Source of the DNA: a virus
DNA: 64,000 bases
IMG/VR virus record: IMGVR_UViG_3300020122_000058
Span: 1-64,000 of that record
Reading direction: 5' to 3' (one strand)
Shown one piece after another: positions 35,438-42,865 of the stretch (position 1 is the first letter of the stretch; the number at the start of each line of letters is the position of its first letter). The translations under genes were made by a program, and so were the position numbers. Under the pieces are notes generated by a model. That model ran no database searches. It saw only the letters and a program-made list of their open reading frames with translations, and had not been told where the DNA came from.

Positions 35438-37672
35438 ATGCTGAAGCGAATTCTGTTTCCCATCCTCGCGCTGCTGGCGCTGGCTGCACCTGCTGCGGCT
35501 GCGCCGTGTCCTTGGCCATTTTCATACGGCCAAGTGCTAACGACGGCGCAGTGGAATTACTGTGTCGGCTTGGCGGTGAATGCTCTGCCAACTTCCGGTG
35601 GATCCATGACGGGGCCGCTCATCACGGCTCCATCAACCATCAACGGTGCGGGGTTTAACATTCCTGCTGGCATTGCGCCCACAGCGCCGAATAACGGAGA
35701 TATGTACGACACGCTCTCCGGTCTATTCGCGTATGTGAACGGTCAGTGGGTTGGTCCGTTCCCCGGTACGTCAGCCACCAAGGGTCTCGGTACCAGCGTG
35801 AATGACCCTGGAACTGGAAACCTGGAAGCACTGATACCAGTGCAGACAGTGACGGGTGCCAGCAAGACCTACACTACTGCTGATCTCTTCAAGCGCACGC
35901 GGCGCACAAATTCTGGCTCAGCGATGTCGGACACGTTGCCAGCCGCAGGCACTACTGGTTTGGCAAACGGTACGACAATCCAGATCGCAAACTCTGATGC
36001 CACTGCCGTTGACACCATCACGGCAGGTGCTGGTACCACGATCGGCAGCGGCAGCACTTATTCTCTCATCGCTTCGCGCTCAGTCTGGTTCACCTATGAT
36101 CTGGCGAATACGGCATGGCGCTCTGTCGCTGACACCACGTCAACCGTCAGCGGTCCCGCTTCCTCTGTGAACAATGACATCGTCACTTTCAGCGGCACTT
36201 CCGGCCTGCTGATCCAGGACTCCGGTCAAGTGATGCCTAGCGGAACACTGGTGGCCACTTCAACAGGTTCACCGGCGAAAGGAGACGTGCTGTACTACAA
36301 CGGCACCAACTGGACAGATCTTCCCGCTGGTACTTCTGGCTTCTTCCTTGAGACGCTCGGTGCGGGTGCCAACCCGGCATGGGCCGCAGCGGCAGGCGGC
36401 TCTGGTTGCACCATCTCCGGCGGTTCGCAGTTTCAGATCATCGTGAACAACGGTTCAAGCGGCTGTTCTTCCTCTGCCAATGGTTCACTCCAGGTTGGTG
36501 CATTGACGCTGGGTGCTTCCGGCACCTTGGGCTCAGTGAGCATGGGCAACGCCACGAGCGGCACTGTGAAAGTGCAGCCTGTTACCGGAGCGCTTGGTTC
36601 CTCCGTGGTTTCTCTACCAGCCGTTACCGGTACTGCACTGGTCACCACCACTGCTTCTCCGGCGCAGGGCGATATTGAATACTTCAACGGCACCAACTGG
36701 GTTTCTCTTGCTGCCGGTACTTCTGGTCAAGTGTTGAAGACAAACGGTGCAGGTGCAAACCCTGCATGGACTGCGGCAGCTTCTGGCTGTACCATAGTCG
36801 GCGGTTCAGTGAACAACCCAATCACGAACAACGGCTCTAGCGGTTGCCAGAACGACACGTCTGCCACGCTCAACGCAGGTGCGCTTGCTTTGGGCTCATC
36901 CGGCGTAGCTGGCTCTGTGGCCATGGGCAACGCAACAAGCGGCACCGTTACCGTGCAGCCTGTGACTGGTGCGCTTGGCTCCGTGACGGCAAGCCTGCCT
37001 GCCAACACCGGCACCGTTGCTGAGCTCAATCTGGCCCAAACATGGACGGCGGTGCAGTCGCATAACTCCGGCAATCTTGCGCTTAATGGCGCAACGTCTG
37101 GCTCGCTGACCGTGAATTGCACAGCAACATGCGGCAGCAACACCGCAACGTTCCCAGCCAACACCGGCACCGTTGCTGAGCTCAATCTGGCCCAAACGTG
37201 GACGGCTGCGCAATCATTCAATAGCAGCACGTTGAAAGTCAATGGTTCTACTTCAGGAACCATGACGGTCAATTGTGCTGCCACATGCGGCAGCAACACC
37301 ATGACGTTGCCAGCCGTGACGGACACGGTGGCAGTGCTGGGCACAGCCGATCAGACCGTATCCGGTGGTGCCAATCTTACGGCATTCAGCATCGGCACGG
37401 TTAGCTCTGGCACCACCACCATTGACTGCGGTAAGAACGCCGTTCAATATCTCACCAACGGTGGGGCATTCACATTCGCTGCACCCAGCAATGATGGGGC
37501 CTGCGTGGTTCTGGTGACGAACAACGGAACGGCTGGCACCATTACTTTCTCCGGCTTCTCAGTCGGCTCCAACACTGGTGACGCATTGACGACCACGAAT
37601 ACCAACAAGTTCATGATCTCAGTGCTGCGCATCAACGGCACTGCCACTTACACAGTGAAGGCCCTCCAATGA
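35438..37672 (+). CDS. tail fibre protein 2 with signal-peptide-like N-terminus and nested internal repeats
   Basis: 744 aa. The N-terminus reads MLKRILFPILALLALAAPAAA/AP. It contains two ~125-aa repeats followed by two 52-aa repeats. Confidence 0.7.
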   Translation: MLKRILFPILALLALAAPAAAAPCPWPFSYGQVLTTAQWNYCVGLAVNALPTSGGSMTGPLITAPSTINGAGFNIPAGIAPTAPNNGDMYDTLSGLFAYVNGQWVGPFPGTSATKGLGTSVNDPGTGNLEALIPVQTVTGASKTYTTADLFKRTRRTNSGSAMSDTLPAAGTTGLANGTTIQIANSDATAVDTITAGAGTTIGSGSTYSLIASRSVWFTYDLANTAWRSVADTTSTVSGPASSVNNDIVTFSGTSGLLIQDSGQVMPSGTLVATSTGSPAKGDVLYYNGTNWTDLPAGTSGFFLETLGAGANPAWAAAAGGSGCTISGGSQFQIIVNNGSSGCSSSANGSLQVGALTLGASGTLGSVSMGNATSGTVKVQPVTGALGSSVVSLPAVTGTALVTTTASPAQGDIEYFNGTNWVSLAAGTSGQVLKTNGAGANPAWTAAASGCTIVGGSVNNPITNNGSSGCQNDTSATLNAGALALGSSGVAGSVAMGNATSGTVTVQPVTGALGSVTASLPANTGTVAELNLAQTWTAVQSHNSGNLALNGATSGSLTVNCTATCGSNTATFPANTGTVAELNLAQTWTAAQSFNSSTLKVNGSTSGTMTVNCAATCGSNTMTLPAVTDTVAVLGTADQTVSGGANLTAFSIGTVSSGTTTIDCGKNAVQYLTNGGAFTFAAPSNDGACVVLVTNNGTAGTITFSGFSVGSNTGDALTTTNTNKFMISVLRINGTATYTVKALQ
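37001..37312 (+). repeat. 2 x 156-bp in-frame tandem duplication in fibre 2
   Basis: The units start at 37001 and 37157. Their first 50 nt differ at one base (gccaacaccggcaccgttgctgagctcaatctggcccaaac[a/g]tggacggc), and the rest has diverged. Confidence 0.8.
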
Positions 37673-38421
37673 GATATCTCTGCGCTCTTCTAGCGTGGCT
37701 GTTGCTCTCTGCGTTTACGGCTACGAATGTCGGCACTAACGCAAACACTTCAGGAGCGACGCTCGCTGTCACACTTGGCAGCGGTGTCACAGGCTCTTCC
37801 ACGACGTGGATATGGGTTTGCGTGGACGAGCATACTTCTTCTCTCACGATTGGACCTATCGCAGACAGTAGAAGCAACACCTATCACGCATTTCAAAACA
37901 ACACGCTGACCAACAACAATGCGACTTTGTTCTACGCCAACGTCGCGACCAGCCTGATAGCTGGTGACACCATCACTTTCACCAAGGCAGTTTCTGGTGA
38001 TCGTGCTGCGATGTCGGTGTTGGTTGTTTCTCCAGGTGTTGATCCTGGAATAGCTGGCAATTCTGCGGGAGGTAACGCCACCGGCACCAGTTCAACTCCC
38101 AGCGCCCAGATAGGCGTGAACGCGGGGCCTTCTCCGCCGTGGTACCTGATCGGCTGTATCGGCACAGGTGGCAATGCGGGAACATTCACGCAGGCACTAT
38201 CCCCGGCAGCGTGGTCTGTGCCGTTCAACGAAGCCAAGTCTGGCACCACAAGTAGTGACGCCAGAGTTGACGGTGGTTTCCTCAGCATCACGAGTCCCTC
38301 TTTCCCGAACTACGCTCCCACATTTTCAGTCTCCGTTCCTTGGATTGATGTTGGTTCGGGAGTCAAGCAATTCGTACCCGGCACTGGCGGTTTCATCTTT
38401 AACCCGAATGTGATCCCATGA
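37669..38421 (+). CDS. secreted-type protein downstream of fibres (250 aa)
   Basis: ATGA overlap at the start. The N-terminus MRYLCALLAWLLLSAFTATNVG is signal-like. The rest is beta-rich and Ser/Thr/Gly/Asn-rich. Confidence 0.6.
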   Translation: MRYLCALLAWLLLSAFTATNVGTNANTSGATLAVTLGSGVTGSSTTWIWVCVDEHTSSLTIGPIADSRSNTYHAFQNNTLTNNNATLFYANVATSLIAGDTITFTKAVSGDRAAMSVLVVSPGVDPGIAGNSAGGNATGTSSTPSAQIGVNAGPSPPWYLIGCIGTGGNAGTFTQALSPAAWSVPFNEAKSGTTSSDARVDGGFLSITSPSFPNYAPTFSVSVPWIDVGSGVKQFVPGTGGFIFNPNVIP

Positions 38422-38909
38422 TCATCTCAGACGTGTTGCTTAACAATGCGCTGGCCATCGCATGCCCCTTCGTGCAGAAGTGGGAAGCGTTCAAGTCGCA
38501 TCCGTATCTGTGCCCGACAGGGCACTGGACGATCGGCTTCGGTTCCACGAGCTATCCAGACGGCACGTCTGTGACACAGCACGACGCACCCATCTCGCTC
38601 AGCACTGCAATCGAGATGGCGGTGAATGGCATGCGTAAGGAGGCCGGTCAGATCTCGTTCACACGCGTGCCCACGGCGCATCAACTCGCGGCCATCCTGG
38701 CATTCGCATACAATGTGGGTGCACACGGTGCGGATCACTCCACGCTGATGCACTTGTTCAACCAAGGTTTTGTGAACGCGGCTGCGGCGCACTTCATGGA
38801 CTGGGACAAGGGTCGTGACAAGAACGGCACCCTCATTGTGATAAATGGCTTGCTGAACCGGCGCATGGCAGAAAGCGCCATGTTCCAAACGCCGGACAGC
38901 GCCCCGTGA
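38418..38909 (+). CDS. endolysin, T4-lysozyme (GH24) family
   Basis: 163 aa. WEAFKSHPYLCPTGHWTIGFG fits the catalytic E-x8-(D/C)-x5-T triad. NGLLNRRMAESAMF is the typical ending. Confidence 0.8.
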   Translation: MIISDVLLNNALAIACPFVQKWEAFKSHPYLCPTGHWTIGFGSTSYPDGTSVTQHDAPISLSTAIEMAVNGMRKEAGQISFTRVPTAHQLAAILAFAYNVGAHGADHSTLMHLFNQGFVNAAAAHFMDWDKGRDKNGTLIVINGLLNRRMAESAMFQTPDSAP

Positions 38910-39325
38910 GGCGCTTGGCGTTGGCACTGCCTGTGCTGCTGTGCGGCTGCGCAGGGCTGCCAGATTACAAACCCTACGTGGTCGTAGCCGATGCCCCGCA
39001 GTACCAGCGGGATGACGCCTATTGCCGCCACGTGGCAGCCCTTGACCCTAACAGCGGGCTCTCTACAGGGGCAATCGCAGGGCAGGGCGGCAAAGGTGCC
39101 GCCAGCAATCTACCGGCAAGCCTGCCCGCTATGGGAACCAGTACCAAGGGCATGAATTGGTTCGTCATTTTGTTTGGCGCTATCGGCGGCAGCTTGGGTG
39201 AAGTGTCTGAAGAGCTACACGTCACCGACGTGCGCCAGCAACGCATCTTCTTGAAGTGCTTGGACAAGATCACTGAACGGGATCGGTCAGGTCTTGTCGT
39301 TGAACCAGAACCGATCCAGCAATAA
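38906..39325 (+). CDS. lipoprotein with Gly-zipper hydrophobic segment (lysis-cassette associated)
   Basis: 139 aa with a GTG start (GTGA overlap). MRRLALALPVLLCGC has the lipobox LLCGC. An internal segment reads WFVILFGAIGGSLG. Confidence 0.55.
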   Translation: MRRLALALPVLLCGCAGLPDYKPYVVVADAPQYQRDDAYCRHVAALDPNSGLSTGAIAGQGGKGAASNLPASLPAMGTSTKGMNWFVILFGAIGGSLGEVSEELHVTDVRQQRIFLKCLDKITERDRSGLVVEPEPIQQ

Positions 39326-39336
39326 GGAGGACTACC

Positions 39337-39705
39337 GTGGATTTCATTCTCAAAGCAATGCGTGCCGCCTTGAACAACGGCCTGCTCCGCGCCAAGATCC
39401 TTGGCGCTCTTCGTCATCTCGCGACTGCGGGCGGCGGAGCCATCGTTACACTCGCTATCCCTTTTCTGCTTTCACACGGCTTCACAGCGCAAGACGCCAC
39501 CACGTATGGTGACGCTGCCGGTGGACTTGCGGTGGGCTTCATCATGCTCGTCGGCGGTGCGACCCTTTCATGGGTTGACAAGAACAAGGTTGACGTTCAA
39601 CTTCAGACGGCGGCTGCCACCAGTATGATCGTGCCGGTGCCGGGTGTGCTGAAGGTGCCTTCCGCCGATCAAGTGATCGCAGATGCAAAGGCGGGGAAGT
39701 TCTGA
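39337..39705 (+). CDS. holin-like membrane protein
   Basis: 122 aa from GTG 39337, preceded by the RBS aaggagg. It has two hydrophobic helices (GGAIVTLAIPFLLSHGF and GGLAVGFIMLVGGATLSW). It is adjacent to the endolysin. Confidence 0.55.
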   Translation: MDFILKAMRAALNNGLLRAKILGALRHLATAGGGAIVTLAIPFLLSHGFTAQDATTYGDAAGGLAVGFIMLVGGATLSWVDKNKVDVQLQTAAATSMIVPVPGVLKVPSADQVIADAKAGKF

Positions 39706-39995
39706 TGCGTGAAGTCAAGACTGCCCTCTTTGGGCTTGCTGGCATGCTCTTGGTTGGCCTTGGAGACGCCGCATGCACGGAAAACAAACCGATCCCGCCA
39801 CCGCCTGAACTCAACAGCTTCATCTTCCAACCGACGCAGGTGCCGCCGTGCCCTGCGCCGGTAAAGTACGACCCCAGCTTCATCGCTAAGCTTGGGAATG
39901 AAATGGATCAACTCAAACATCAAGGAGGATACGCGGAAATTCTACAAGCCATTCAAGACTATCGCGCGCAACGTAAAGCACAGGGCGTGCCGTAG
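39705..39995 (+). CDS. spanin-like Pro-rich envelope protein
   Basis: 96 aa. It has a hydrophobic N-terminus ending in GLGDAAC and then a Pro-rich stretch (KPIPPPPELN ... PPCPAP). It is the last gene of the lysis cassette. Confidence 0.4.
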   Translation: MREVKTALFGLAGMLLVGLGDAACTENKPIPPPPELNSFIFQPTQVPPCPAPVKYDPSFIAKLGNEMDQLKHQGGYAEILQAIQDYRAQRKAQGVP

Positions 39996-39998
39996 CGG

Positions 39999-40071
39999 TC
40001 CAGGCCCAAGGGCATCCGCTAGGCGGTGCTCCTCCCATCTCTCTGCGGATGAGTGGACCCTTGGGCCTGGA
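39999..40071 (+). other. long imperfect stem-loop after lysis cassette
   Basis: tccaggcccaaggg (39999-40012) pairs with cccttgggcctgga (40058-40071). An inner pair joins catccgc (40013-40019) to gcggatg (40045-40051). There is no U-tail. Confidence 0.4.
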
Positions 40072-40116
40072 GCCGGTGCGGCACAACTTGCACCTAACCC
40101 CTTAAGGAGGATTACC

Positions 40117-40512
40117 ATGACTACCGAAGACAAGAAGACACCGACAGCAGCAGCACCGGTGCAGCATGAAGACTTCTTTCAGCAGGTCGGAGACGAACTG
40201 ATGAAGGCATGGGCCGACGTCGAATGGTTCGGCAAGGAAGTCGTCACTGAACTTGAAACCGTTGCCGAGAAGGAACTTGCGGCTGTGAAGGCCGCAATCG
40301 TTTCGGTCGGCGGCGAATTCGTGCCCAAGCAGTTGGCGCTGATCCACGGCTGGGTCTCGGACTTCAAGGCGAAGGTTGGCAACAACGCCAACCCGTTTGC
40401 TGCGGCCGAGTACTGCGTGGGGCAGGATGCCGTGCAGGAAGTGCAGTTCATCAACGGCGAACTCAGCGTCGGCCTTCAGGCTGTCGCCGCCGCGTTCCTG
40501 AACTCGATCTAA
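40117..40512 (+). CDS. hypothetical protein (131 aa)
   Basis: ATG 40117 is preceded by the RBS aaggagg (MTTEDKKTPTAAAP...). The 39892 start in the track would read through the stem-loop. Confidence 0.6.
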   Translation: MTTEDKKTPTAAAPVQHEDFFQQVGDELMKAWADVEWFGKEVVTELETVAEKELAAVKAAIVSVGGEFVPKQLALIHGWVSDFKAKVGNNANPFAAAEYCVGQDAVQEVQFINGELSVGLQAVAAAFLNSI

Positions 40513-40523
40513 AGCGAAAGGAA

Positions 40524-40549
40524 GGGAGAGCGTGGGTGGCCGCTCTCCC
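40524..40549 (+). terminator. rho-independent-type terminator
   Basis: gggagagcg (40524-40532) pairs with cgctctccc (40541-40549) around an 8-nt loop, followed by gactttctt. Confidence 0.5.
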
Positions 40550-40586
40550 GACTTTCTTATGTTCAACCGCAAACTCAGAAGAGACA

Positions 40587-41138
40587 ATGGAAGAGGCTCT
40601 CAGAAAGCGACTGGACGAAATTGCCGGGGTGGCACAGGCGGCTCTCAAAGTGGCTGAACAGGCAAAAGCAAATCAGGAGGCACATGAGGAGATTTGCCTT
40701 CTGATACGCAAAGGCCATGAAGAAGCGCAGAAGCGGAACGAACAGTTTCAAAGCACCATTCTGAATAAAGTAGAGGATGGGCTTAAGCTGGTACGCGAAT
40801 CGTTTCAAATATCACAGACAGATCAAGCTGCTGAGCATGATCGTCAGATGTCTGACTTCAACGTGCGACTTGGCAACTCAATCAAGACTACGATTGACAG
40901 CATCACAACTTCTGTGAACAGCATGAAGGACACGTTAACATTGTCTATCGGTGCCGTTTCAAATGCGATGGTAGTATTCTCAACAGCACAAACGCAGACC
41001 AATAAAGATTTGAATGAAGGCGTGCGTGCCGTTGACAATCGCATGTGGACTCTGGTAGTTGGCATAGGCGCTTCAGTGATCCTCACGCTGCTCGGAGCCC
41101 TCGGTGCGACAGTCACCAAGCTGATACACCTATGGTGA
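40587..41138 (+). CDS. tail-anchored coiled-coil protein (A/T-richer moron-like gene)
   Basis: 183 aa from ATG 40587 (MEEALRKRLDEIAG...). It has long heptad-like regions and a C-terminal TM helix (WTLVVGIGASVILTLLGALGA). Its codon usage is visibly richer in A/T than its neighbours. Confidence 0.55.
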   Translation: MEEALRKRLDEIAGVAQAALKVAEQAKANQEAHEEICLLIRKGHEEAQKRNEQFQSTILNKVEDGLKLVRESFQISQTDQAAEHDRQMSDFNVRLGNSIKTTIDSITTSVNSMKDTLTLSIGAVSNAMVVFSTAQTQTNKDLNEGVRAVDNRMWTLVVGIGASVILTLLGALGATVTKLIHLW

Positions 41139-41283
41139 GTCGTTGGCTGGGTCCTTAGTGAACCAAGGATCTGCACCAACTATCATGACTGAATGTCCCA
41201 GGATCGTAAGACCATAATATCCTGGGCCTTCCTGAAGCAACTCTTGCCACTTGCGCAGCGTTGCGGAGAACACTTCCAACCAC

Positions 41284-41994
41284 CTATTCATTCTTCCCAC
41301 CCCAGTACCCGTTCAGCCCATTCTTGAGGGCGTGCAGGGCAACACCCCTGTTGAGCGAATAGGCTTCATCTAGAAGCTCCGGGTACCAATCCTCCACCAC
41401 GATCTTCAGCACCACTGCCACCAGCCGCACTCTGGGTTTGTCAACCCATACCTGCTGGGCGCGCTCGTACCACGGCACGTAAGTGCTGCGGTAATGTTCT
41501 AGCAGATCTTCATCCATGGTTTCTATAGGGTGCAGAAACTGGCTGCGCTTGCCGCCTGCCATCAGGCTGCTTGAAGAAGAGCGACCCTTGGCGAATGCAT
41601 GCCATACCGACTTGATCTTCTCGGCAGCGGCTTCCTGATCTGCGGAAAGCCTGTCTGCCTTGTTGCGGTACTGCGCGATATGGGTGAGCGAATCCAGCTT
41701 GGGCGCTTTACCGGCGCAAGGTTGCTCCTTCAGTAGATCAACCAGCGCAAAGGTTTCCAGCGTGTCATGCCCAAAGCGGTTGAACGCTTCCTGGCGCAGC
41801 GTGAAAGCGAAGTTGGCCACGAATTCACGGCTGGCCTGCGTGCGGTTGTTCGTCTGAAGGTGATCTCTGCACATCTTGTGCACGAATTCCCACATCTTGT
41901 CAGTGAACAAGCACGGCAGCCCAACAGGCACCGGTGTCTTTTCAAGCGCCTTCACCAGTCGCTTCTCTGTGGATTGAATTTCCTTGCTACGCAT
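41284..41994 (-). CDS. hypothetical protein (236 aa)
   Basis: ORF track. It is the last gene of the minus-strand arm. No motif recognised. Confidence 0.6.
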   Translation of the reverse strand: MRSKEIQSTEKRLVKALEKTPVPVGLPCLFTDKMWEFVHKMCRDHLQTNNRTQASREFVANFAFTLRQEAFNRFGHDTLETFALVDLLKEQPCAGKAPKLDSLTHIAQYRNKADRLSADQEAAAEKIKSVWHAFAKGRSSSSSLMAGGKRSQFLHPIETMDEDLLEHYRSTYVPWYERAQQVWVDKPRVRLVAVVLKIVVEDWYPELLDEAYSLNRGVALHALKNGLNGYWGGKNE

Positions 41995-42865
41995 CGTCTT
42001 CCTCTATGTGCTGGCCTTTGCCCATTTCACCAGCGGTTTTCCATTTGCGTTCTCGGTTGATGGCCATCTTGGCGTTCACCGCTTCGCCAAGGTTGAAGCC
42101 CAGCACAGAACAGACTGCGAGCAGCATGATGTTGACATCAGCACATTCGCTCTTAATCTTCTCCAAGTTGTTTTCATGCAGGGCATCACCCAACTCTTTC
42201 AGTTCCACAGCAATACGGTCAAACACCACGCGCACGCTCTTGCACGGGCCAAAGGTGCGTAGCTGCCACGCGTAGATGCTGGCCTGCGTCTCCACGTTGG
42301 GGGCCAGCAGCCTAGCCAGCGCCTCGGCTGGCACCCTGTGAGCGGCGCTGGCCCCGTTTGGGGCTTCTACCAGTATGGTGGCCATGGGCACAGCCACCCG
42401 CTCCAGCACTCCAGGGGCCACGCGGTCTGACTGGGGTGCCCTGTGGTGGGGGCCAATCTGGTCGCGGTTGTGCATCGCCCGTGGGGGCTGCCGCAGGCTT
42501 GGCCCCGGCAGCAGTATCACGATCTCGCCGGGGCGCAGGGCGGCACGGCAGTCCGTGGTGGTGAACCCCGGCGTGATGCTGGCAACGGTGGGCCAGCTTT
42601 TATCAGAGATGGAAGCGCAGAGAACCGTGCCGTGCTTACGCTCTCTGACGCTGAGAAGATAGCCGGTGTCGAAGGGGCGCAACGCCAGCTTCTTATTCGT
42701 GATGTCAGGGAAGAAGCGCATGTTAGGCAGCACACTACGGATCTTGTCGTAGTGTTCATGTTCAAACTGCACGGTCAGACGCTGTTCTCCGCTGATTATA
42801 TCGGAGTGCAAATCCGTCTTACCGATGCGACAGTCTATGATCACCTCAGAACGCAGGTCTGTCAT
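41987..42865 (-). CDS. MazG-like nucleotide pyrophosphohydrolase fused to unknown ~160-aa N-terminal domain
   Basis: 292 aa. The C-terminal FDRIAVELKELGDALHENNLEKIKSECADVNIMLLAVCSVLGFNLGEAVNAKMAINRERKW is MazG-like (E..E...E..D helices). An in-frame internal Met (MATILVE) could also give a stand-alone MazG. Confidence 0.65.
   Translation of the reverse strand: MTDLRSEVIIDCRIGKTDLHSDIISGEQRLTVQFEHEHYDKIRSVLPNMRFFPDITNKKLALRPFDTGYLLSVRERKHGTVLCASISDKSWPTVASITPGFTTTDCRAALRPGEIVILLPGPSLRQPPRAMHNRDQIGPHHRAPQSDRVAPGVLERVAVPMATILVEAPNGASAAHRVPAEALARLLAPNVETQASIYAWQLRTFGPCKSVRVVFDRIAVELKELGDALHENNLEKIKSECADVNIMLLAVCSVLGFNLGEAVNAKMAINRERKWKTAGEMGKGQHIEEDDA

Noticed and set aside
36380-37320. A possible diversity-generating retroelement (template and variable repeat) in the tail fibre.
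   Set aside because: No reverse transcriptase gene is present in the window. The repeats are in-frame tandem units within one gene, and the differences are not restricted to adenine positions.
39892-40512. The 206-aa version of the 40117 gene, and the 40536 start of the following gene.
   Set aside because: The long forms would read through the 39999-40071 stem-loop or start inside the 40524-40549 terminator hairpin. Good RBS or start contexts exist at 40117 and 40587.
41197-41226. A hairpin, cccaggat...atcctggg, in the convergent gap between the two arms, considered as a bidirectional terminator.
   Set aside because: It has an 8-bp stem with a 14-nt loop and no flanking T or A runs. That is too weak to call.
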